This document shows, one piece after another, positions 22,857 through 31,114 of a stretch of 31,114 nucleotides of DNA. Both the position numbers and the translations under genes were made by a program. The notes beneath the pieces are model-generated. The model made no database searches. It was not told where the DNA came from and worked only from the letters and a program-made list of their open reading frames with translations. Every line of letters starts with the position of its first letter. The stretch's first letter is position 1. Source of the DNA: Octopus sinensis (taxonomy: Eukaryota); contig NW_021832291.1 of assembly GCF_006345805.1 (NCBI RefSeq), positions 1 to 31,114 on the forward strand, written 5' to 3'.

Positions 22857-23422
22857 TTGGGTTGTTAGGAAAGTGCGTCCGGATTTCTTGTAGCTTACTT
22901 TTCGACTTATTTTAGAACATCGTTGAGTCCATAAAATAGGATTTGACTACACCTCCATTTAGAGCACAGTTTAAGCTATCTTTTCGTGGAAGAAGGTTTA
23001 TATTCCTAGAACCTGTGTTAATTCTGTAACCCTTTAAAATGGAAGATAAGAAAGTTCATTTTCGGCACTTGATTCTTTGGGAACCAGACAAAAATTGCTG
23101 CAGCTCGGCTGGAATGTGTTACCCCACCCTCCATATTCACCAGATATTGCTCCTTTGGATTTCCACTTATTCATTTCTCTGCAGAATAGTCTTAATGGTA
23201 AAAATTTCAATTCCTTGGATGGCGTGAACAGATACCTTGATGAATTCTTTGCCATGAAACCACCTCAATTCTGGGAATAGGGTATTTTCAAGTTGAAGGA
23301 AAGATGGAGACGCAGTGTGCAACAAAATGGTTCATATTTGGTTGATTAAAAATGTAATGGTAAGTATATATTGAACTTTTTCTATCCTTTAAAAATCGGC
23401 ACGAACTTTCCGGACAACCTAA
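22857..23422 (+). mobile_element. Internally deleted mariner (mellifera-subfamily-like) DNA transposon
   Basis: 30-bp TIRs (24/30 match) ttgggttgttaggaaagtgcgtccggattt and aaatcggcacgaactttccggacaacctaa, with TA flanks. N-terminus MEDKKVHFRHLILWE is joined at ~23083 to the C-terminus TRQKLLQLGWNVLPHPPYSPDIAPLDFHLF..LQNSLNG...GIFKLKERW...QNGSY. Confidence 0.93.
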
Positions 23423-23748
23423 TATATATTCAATTCACATAAACAACCAATTCGAAATTGTGAGGTCCTGCACAATAAATACATTAGCGTGACACTTAGT
23501 GAAAAGAAAGAGCTTGATTTTTCGAGCGTAGCTCTTCGTCGGAGAGGAGAAAGGGAAAAGTCCAAAGAAAGAGAAAAAAGTCGCCAACGGTACACGTTTT
23601 GTTACATACTGTACATACAATATAAGACACACAGACACATACATACAAATATTTATAGAGTGTTTGAAGTGGTCTAAAGATATTTTATATTGAGAAAAAA
23701 GAGGCAGTCAGAATTTTAGTTAATTCTTTATTAGCGCTTTCGTTCGTT

Positions 23749-24176
23749 TATCGAATATATAGTTGGAGGGGAGTGTTTTAGTTGTTTAGAGTGTAGCTCT
23801 CGGGATCTTTTTTAAGATTTTAGATTCGATCCCCAGAGCAGCCGATACGCCGTGTTCTTTAGCAAAATCTTCATTCCGCGTATACTCGGCGGCTGGAAGA
23901 AACGAGTAATCCGGTGTCCTATAAGGCTCAGAAAAAAGAGACCTAGAATACGTACCAGGCTTAAGAATTATATAAGTACGGGGTTGATTCGTTCTAATAA
24001 AATCGTCTGTGGGTGTGTGGTAAGAAGCCGCCTGCTTCCCAACCACGTGTTCGGGGTTCAGTCCCACTGCGTGACACTTCGGACAGGTGTGTACTTTTTC
24101 CGATCTATTAAGTTGCGGTGAGGAAAACAAACCCAACACCGGTTGTTAGAAACAGCGACTCAAAGACACTCACCAC

Positions 24177-24261
<85 letters not shown>

Positions 24262-24521
24262 TGCAGCGTGGAAGGTGTTTTATAAGCCATTTAAGAAACA
24301 CACAAAAGCCGTTCGATTCACTTCAACATTAAGTTTAAGTTGTCAAAAATATTTTCGTCGCTAAAATCCGCGAAAATATTTTGACAAATTAAACTTAATG
24401 TTGAAGTGAATCGAACGGCTTTTGTGTGTTTCTTAAATGGCTTATAAACACCTTCCACGCTGCAATTGTTTTCGTTTCAGCACACGATCTCAGATCAAAT
24501 TACTTGCTTGCGAGTACATCT

Positions 24522-24586
<65 letters not shown>

Positions 24587-24752
24587 TGATATATATAATA
24601 TATATATACTATCTATATATATATGTAAGGAGATGTACCGCACTAGCAAGTAATTGATCTGAGATCGTGTGCTGAAACGAAAACAATTGCAGCGTGGAAG
24701 GTGTTATAAGCATTTAAGAAAACACACCATAAACACCTTCCACGCTGCATGT

Positions 24753-24783
<31 letters not shown>

Positions 24784-25214
24784 GTGGTGCGAGTGTATTG
24801 AGTCGCTGTTTCTAACAACGGTGTTGTGGTGTGTTTCCTACCGCAACTTAATAGATCGGGAAAAAGTACACACCTGTCCGAAGTGTCACGCAGTGGGACT
24901 GAACCCCGAACCACGTGGTTGGGAAGCAGGCAGCTTCTTACCACACACCCACAGACGATTTTATTAGAACGAATCAACCCACGTACTTATAATTCTTAAG
25001 CCTGGTACGTATTCTATAGGTCTCTTTTGCTGAGCCTTATAAGGACACCGGATTACTCGTTTCTTCCAGCCGCCGAGTATACGCGGAATGAAGAGTTTTG
25101 CTAAAGAACACGACGTATCGGCTGCTCTGGGGATCGAATCTAAAATCTTAAAAAAGATCCCGAGAGCTACACTCTAAACAACTAAAACACTCCCCTCCAA
25201 CTATATATTCGATA
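23749..25214. repeat. 1.47-kb nested palindrome (fold-back) centred on (TA)n at ~24576
   Basis: The reverse complement of 24781-25214 matches 23749-24178 almost perfectly. Inner arms 24470-24523 and 24629-24682; hairpin 24257-24469 and its deleted copy 24683-24757. Confidence 0.95.
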
Positions 25215-25329
25215 TGGTGTATTAAAGTATTGATTGGGTATCATCTGATAGTTGATGTTTTATTGATTTAAGTATGTTCCTCCATTCTCTAATTTTGTAG
25301 TATATATATATATATATATATACATAGAT

Positions 25330-25362
<33 letters not shown>

Positions 25363-25581
25363 AAAATGTGACCGCGTGTGTACCGTTGGCGATTTTTTGT
25401 TTTTTTTATCTGTCTTCCCTTCTCTGGATCTTTCCTTCTCCTATGATACCGACGAAGAGCTCCGCTCGAAACGTTAAACCCTCCTTCATTCCTTCTTTCC
25501 TGAGCGTCCAATAATACTATATTTGTTCCACGTCCTCGCGTTGTTCTGTTTTCTCTTTGTGTTTTCATGTTTGGATTAACT
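25363..25581 (+). mobile_element. (TA)n-bracketed cassette with near-canonical minimal hammerhead core (Penelope/retrozyme-like)
   Basis: ccgacga-a-gagc(tcc)gctc-gaaac-gtt-aaac at 25449-25479. Confidence 0.6.
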
Positions 25582-25994
25582 TTATATATATATATATATA
25601 TAAACTTACTTGGAGGAAACGAAAAGAAACGACGCGAGGGCGCTCAGTCATACAATAGTGTAATAAATAAAATATATGCATCCATACATATATGTACGTA
25701 CCTACATCTACATGTATATATACATGCATATATAAATATATATACGTGAGTACAGGACACCACAAATAGACGTAGAACTCAACGAGAAACGAAAACGTAA
25801 AAACAAACATGGAAACGGACCTTTTTTTAACGACGAAAAATCAGAGTACAAGACAAACAACACAAGGAAAATTCCCCTTCATCAGCTGTCCCTAGTACGA
25901 CTTCATGCGTGTTTAGAAGGTGAGGACGGAACACGACTCGCCGAACTAGCCCTTCCTGCGAAAGAATTAAATAAAATTCCTTCATACGATTGAA

Positions 25995-26141
25995 TTTCAG
26001 TTCCGAATCTACCAAATCCACCTATAGGGCTTTGGTCGGCTCGAAGGTATCACAGAAGACATCTGCTTAAGGTGTCATGCAGTGGAACTTAACCCAGAAC
26101 CATTTGGTTGGGAAGAACACTTCTTACTAGAAAGCCTGCGA
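25995..26141 (-). mobile_element. Diverged SINE family C head fragment
   Basis: ctaccaaatccac..a.ggctttggtcggc.cga.g.tat...agaagaca..tgc..aaggtg.catgcagtggaact.aaccc.gaaccat parallels 12780-12925. Confidence 0.75.
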
Positions 26142-26399
26142 CATAGTCGTTAAAATAGAAAATCGCTTAAATATCATTGTACAAAAAAACAATGCGTGTG
26201 GGGAAAACTGGTTCGACGATCATGTAAGTATTAACTTAGCTTATGTACAATTATTCGTGTTTTGTAGGGGTTAACAACAACAATTAAAGACGTTATCTGT
26301 TCCACCATGATTTTTACAAGTGTTTTCATTTTCTCCATTGATAATCAAATCAGTCAGTTATCGATCTATGAGAATAACAGAATAATTATTGCCTTGTTC

Positions 26400-26581
26400 A
26401 TAACACACATGCACACACAGACCCACACACACATACACACACCTATATATAATGGATATCAATTACACGTAGACATATATTCAGACAGTAAGCTGTTTAT
26501 GCAGAGGTACATACGTATACAAAATATGAGATATATACATACACACACACATATACATATATACATATATATATATATACT

Positions 26582-26618
<37 letters not shown>

Positions 26619-26725
26619 CACACACATATATATGTATACATATACATAAGTGCGTATCTATATATCTATATGTATACATACGTTCATATATATATATTTA
26701 TATATGTGTATGCAAATATTTATAC

Positions 26726-26765
<40 letters not shown>

Positions 26766-26802
26766 TTATCTATCTATATCTATCTATCTATCTATCTATC
26801 TG

Positions 26803-26843
<41 letters not shown>

Positions 26844-27080
26844 ATATATATAGTGCGTATCTATCTATATGCATACATACGTTCATATATATATTTATAT
26901 ATGTGTATACAAATATTTATACCTATCTATCTATCTATATATATATATATATAGTGCGTATCTATCTATATGTATACATACGTTCATATATATATTTATA
27001 TATGTGTATACAAATATTTATACCTATCTATATATATATATACATATATGTGTGTGTGTTTGTGTGTGCGCGTGCGCGCG
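26400..27080. repeat. (CA)/(TA)/(TATC)n block containing a three-copy higher-order repeat
   Basis: gtgcgtatcta..tatatg.atacatacgttcatatatatatttatatatgtgtat.caaatatttataccta recurs at 26650, 26853 and 26954. Confidence 0.88.
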
Positions 27081-27245
27081 CGTGTTATTCTTAATTGACA
27101 GGAATAAAAAGTGACTCAAGTGCCAAGAGTGTTGTGCATGGCACTGTCCAAACTAATAAGTTCCATGCAAGTATCACATATTACAATTTCTAGTTCATCC
27201 TAACTGTACTACCCAATGTATGTTATGTAGGTATGTGTACATATA

Positions 27246-27731
27246 TCTATATATATAAAACTGTAGTTTGTGAGTGTCTGTCCCCTTCGATTTAGATTCC
27301 TAAACTCTCCCTACATTTGGCGGTGCAGTTTAACCCAAATTCGGGTATCTTATAGTCGTGATTCGTATCGAGCCCGTCTGAGTATTAGCGCGCGTCACGA
27401 TGAATCTACGATTTTAAAAATAATTTAACAATCATTTTTTATTCCATTTAGCATAATTTTCGTGTGTCGATGGCGGCGGAGTTGGCGTCCACGCTCAACC
27501 CTGCACCTGTGTTTGCCTTCTCCCCTTCTTCCTTGTAAGGAAATCAACGTCGTAAAGCGTTGTCAGGAGACCAGCGTTCTTTTAAGAACAACGACTTTCA
27601 TGGCTTGAAGACATCCAAACAGAAATGGCTAAGAAAGCCCGAATTGGCATCTATAAGGGAAGTAACTCTCTAAAAATGCTTATATAGTTATTTCCTTACA
27701 AACCCGAGCACACGCCGGGCGATACTGCTAG
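27246..27731 (+). mobile_element. Non-autonomous Helitron
   Basis: A|TCtatatatataaaactg 5' end; 3' hairpin cccg-agcacacgc-cggg followed by cgatactgCTAG|T. The 3' ~28 nt is nearly identical to that of 11286-11675. Confidence 0.88.
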
Positions 27732-28239
27732 TATATATATATATATATATATATATATACTATATATAAGTACATGTGCGTGTGTTTATAAATATCCGAT
27801 ATTATCTACCAAGATAATATTAATACCAGTAGGTAACATTTGTATCCTAGTGAGCATGAACGTTATACAAGAGCGTTGTAATACTGTACTATTAACGCTA
27901 AGAAAGTCTTTCGTATAAGCACCTTGTGTGTAAAAGCGCAGGTGATTGGAACCCAATTAAAAATATCCAAAAGCCGCAGTGATGAGATTGTTGTTGTGTC
28001 ATAATGATTACGGCGATTTCTCCTCATCAGCAGCAGGCATTCGCTAACACAGCATTCTGGCCAGATACCCTTGATGCCGACATTCGGAAAACCGGCAACG
28101 ATTCAGTTACTGGTGGTGCTACGAGCCGGCAAGCCATGTAAATAGTCATTAGGAATGGAAGTAGTATCATTATCGAATAGCACACTTTATATTGTCAATA
28201 GTATGCATATATTACAGAACCACCGGAATGCTGAATGCT

Positions 28240-28717
28240 GTATGTATGTACATACATACATACATACATGCATATATATACATACATACATACATACACA
28301 CATACATACATACATACATATATATACATGCATACATACATACATACCTACCTACATACATACATATATATACATACATACATATATACATACATACATA
28401 CATACATGCATACATACATACATACATACATATATACAAACATACATACATACATATATATACATACATACATACATGCATACATACATACACACATACA
28501 TACATACATATATATACATACATACATACATACATACATGCATACATACATGCATGCATACATACATACAGACATGCATACATACATACATGCATGCATA
28601 CATACGTATATACATACATACATACATAGATACATGCATGCATACATACATACATACATGCATGCATACATACATACATGCATACATACATACATGCATA
28701 CATGCATACATACGTAT

Positions 28718-28748
<31 letters not shown>

Positions 28749-28793
28749 CAAACATACATACATACATATATACAAACATACATACATACATAT

Positions 28794-28824
<31 letters not shown>

Positions 28825-28958
28825 CATATATATATACATACATGCATATATACATATATACATACATACATACACACACATACATATATATACATATATA
28901 CATACATACGTACAAATATACACAGACACACACATATATATATATATACATATATACA
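28240..28958. repeat. (TACA)n/(TGCA)n tetranucleotide satellite
   Basis: Visible directly; source of the HTYI/MYVC ORFs. Confidence 0.95.
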
Positions 28959-29174
28959 CAGTAATCCCTCGCCATATCGCAGTTCACCAATCGCGGTTTA
29001 TGATTTAAGCTTACGTCGATTCCTCTGTTGTGTTTTGTATTTATAATAAAATAAAGATATACCAATTATAAAAATAATGAAGAATATATACAGTACAATA
29101 CTCCTTCTACTTCACAGATCTTCTCCTATTGAGGGTGTTAAGGAACAAAACACGAAATATTCGAGATATTACCG
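28959..29174. mobile_element. pogo/Tigger-like MITE, same family as 9789-11163
   Basis: The left end cagtaatccctcgccatatcgcagttcaccaatcgcgg matches 9789-9826. The degenerate right TIR (reverse complement cggtaatatctcgaatatttcgt) is followed by TA. Confidence 0.7.
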
Positions 29175-29175
29175 T

Positions 29176-29269
29176 ATGTATGTATGTATATATATATATA
29201 TACAAACATATATATATAATTTATGTATATATATAATGTATGTATATATATATCTATATATATATATAT

Positions 29270-29311
<42 letters not shown>

Positions 29312-29387
29312 CACACATACATATACATATTATACACACACACACACATATAATATAATATATACACACATACATATACATATATAT

Positions 29388-29421
<34 letters not shown>

Positions 29422-29440
29422 GTATATGTATGTATATGTA
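29176..29440. repeat. (TA)n/(CA)n low-complexity tract
   Basis: Visible directly in the sequence. Confidence 0.9.
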
Positions 29441-29558
29441 TTACTCTGTATATATTTGATACCGATCTCTAAGCGTTAGGGAAGCCTAAGCTTTAAGTAA
29501 GCTAAGATTATATACGAAGATTATACAGTAAAAAAATAAATGGGAATAATCTCCATAT

Positions 29559-29975
29559 AGGCGCAGGAGTGGCTGTGTGGTAAGTAGCTTGCTAACCAAC
29601 CACATGGTTCCGGGTTCAGTCCCACTGCGTGGCATCTTGGGTAAGTGTCTTCTGCTATAGCCTCGGGCCGACCAATGCCTTGTGAGTGGATTTGGTAGAC
29701 GGAAACTGAAAGAAGCCTGTCGTATATATGTATATATATATATGTGTGTATGTGTGTTTGTGTGCCTGTGTTTGTCCCTCTAGCATTGCTTGACAACCGA
29801 TGCTGGTGTGTTTATGTCCCCGTCACTTAGCGGTTCGGCAAAAAAAGAGACCGATAGAATAAGTACTGGGCTTACAAAGAATAAGTCCCGGGGTCGATTT
29901 GCTCGACTAAAGGCGGTGCTCCAGCATGGCCGCAGTCAAGTGACTGAAACAAGTAAAAGAGTAAAAGAGAGTAAA
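29559..29975 (+). mobile_element. tRNA-derived SINE, family C, full length
   Basis: A-box-like tggctgtgtgg and B-box-like ggttcagtccc; 3' end gcggtgctccagcatggccgcagtc..tgactgaaacaagtaaaagagtaaaaga. A matching copy lies at 12501-12932 (-). Confidence 0.92.
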
Positions 29976-30373
29976 TACTATAAATCAACAAATCTGTACA
30001 CTTCTGTACCATGACGGACAACCCAGAATAACGAGATTCAGACATAAAAATTCACAAAACAAAACTAATTAACAGAATCATCATCAGTGGCCAAACGCAT
30101 ATCACTATGGTTTCGACACCTGGTCGCTAACAAACAATTTAGTTTTGGCAACAGCAATAAATTCGCCAAGATGAATGTATGCACATAGGTATATGTATAG
30201 AGGGATGTGTAACACATCCCTCATCCAACGATGTAGAATAGTACTTTTAGAGCAAATGCACAAGTTGTCTCGATGCTTGGACACCAGGATCAGCCTTGTC
30301 CAAAGTATCTCCTTGAAATATTTCAAGACACAGGCATTAAACATCACGATAATCTGTTCACTACTATTCTCCG

Positions 30374-30575
30374 TTATTCTTTTACTTGTTTCAGATATTT
30401 GACTGCGTCAAATGCTTATTGTTGAAAAAAGACCACCCCTGATCATATTTTTCTACAGTCTAGTACTTATTCAATTGGTTTCTTTTCGCCGAACTACTAA
30501 GTTACGGAGACATAAACACAACACTGGTTGGAAGAGGTGATGCAGGAAAAAACATAGGCACAAAGACACATACAC
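30374..30575 (-). mobile_element. Diverged SINE family C 3' half
   Basis: ttcttttacttgtttcag..atttgactgc...agtacttattc.at.ggt.tctttt.gccgaac.ctaagttacgg.gacataaacac matches 12510-12660. Confidence 0.75.
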
Positions 30576-30601
30576 TTAGTTATATACGTATTTTTTAGGG
30601 A

Positions 30602-30980
30602 GCACTCCGTCGGTTACGACGATGAGGGTCCCAGCTGATACGATCAACGGAACAGCTTGCTCGTGGAATTAACGTGCAAGTGGCTGAGCACTCCACAGAC
30701 ACGTGCACCCTTAACGTAGTTCTCAGAGAGATTCAGCGTGACACAGAGTGTGACAAGGCTGGACCTTTGAAATACAGGTACAACAGAAACAGGAAGAAAG
30801 AGTGAGAGAAAGTTGTGGTGAAAAAGTACAGCAGGATTCACCACCACCCCCTGCAGAAGCCTCGTGAAGCTTTAGGTGTTTTCGCTCAATAAACACTCAC
30901 AATGCCCGGTCTGGGAATCGAAACCGCGATCCTACGACCGCGAGTCCGCTGCCCTAACCACTGGGCCATTGCGCCTCCAC
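30602..30980 (-). mobile_element. tRNA-derived SINE, family B, full length
   Basis: Matches 10647-11023. Probable TSD tatatacgtat (30581-30591) / tatatacatat (30981-30991). Confidence 0.9.
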
Positions 30981-31114
30981 TATATACATATATATGTGAC
31001 TGATTAGAAAAAAAGTTTGACTGAAGAGATTGAAAGAAGCAGACTAAGGAAATGCTTTCATCATCATCATCATCATCGTTTATATAATGATATTTCCTTT
31101 CTTACATAACCACT

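Noticed and set aside
24524-24628. Sequencing-adapter remnant at the centre of the large palindrome
   Set aside because: The centre is plain (TA)n and I see no SMRTbell-like adapter. This does not by itself exclude a chimeric-read artefact.
25861-25885. Minus-strand CTGATGA-A-GGGGAA(tt)TTCCTT hammerhead half
   Set aside because: The core and a stem II-like hairpin are present but followed by GTG, not GAAA; no stem I or III was found.
27990-28140. 45-codon ORF (MITAISPHQQQAF...) and a GTGATGA box-C-like motif
   Set aside because: Too short, no homology recognised, and no appropriately spaced D box or terminal stem for a snoRNA.
1766-29459. Dozens of ORFs rich in YI/CV/HT dipeptides or poly-L/I/T/N/K
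   Set aside because: They are translations of (TA)n, (TG)n, (TACA)n and trinucleotide arrays that lack stops by composition; there is no domain signal.
29559-29640. SINE heads as tRNA genes (also ~10950-11023, ~30905-30980, 12860-12932)
   Set aside because: A/B boxes are present but they run into SINE bodies and tails, with no complete cloverleaf or acceptor stem visible.
29520-30010. Long TSD around the second full-length family C SINE
   Set aside because: No matching direct repeat was found on its flanks, so long duplications are not universal for this family.

Overview
AT-rich eukaryotic DNA made almost entirely of microsatellites and transposable-element relics. The repeat landscape (tRNA-derived SINEs, (TA)n/(TACA)n/(ATT)n/(GAT)n arrays) resembles an octopus/coleoid cephalopod genome; this is recollection-based inference, not a search result. 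I found no supportable intact host gene, rRNA, tRNA gene or CRISPR array, and nearly all listed ORFs are microsatellite translations. Real coding relics are: an RTE-type RT fragment (~660-930); a decayed Helitron Rep gene (~15200-17240) interrupted by a 5'-inverted RTE LINE; a 5'-truncated R4/Dong-like RLE retrotransposon inside a (TAA)n array (17786-19415); and an internally deleted mariner (22857-23422). There are also two non-autonomous Helitrons, two pogo/Tigger-like elements and at least three SINE families. The most unusual structures are: a 1.47-kb nested palindrome centred on (TA)n; a ~590-bp old fold-back at the left edge; a ~250-bp direct repeat flanking a SINE (possible giant TSD) that supplies an empty-site control for a tandem SINE array; and short (TA)n-bracketed cassettes carrying degenerate minimal hammerhead-ribozyme cores (Penelope/retrozyme-like). 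Coordinates and identities were counted by eye and are approximate.
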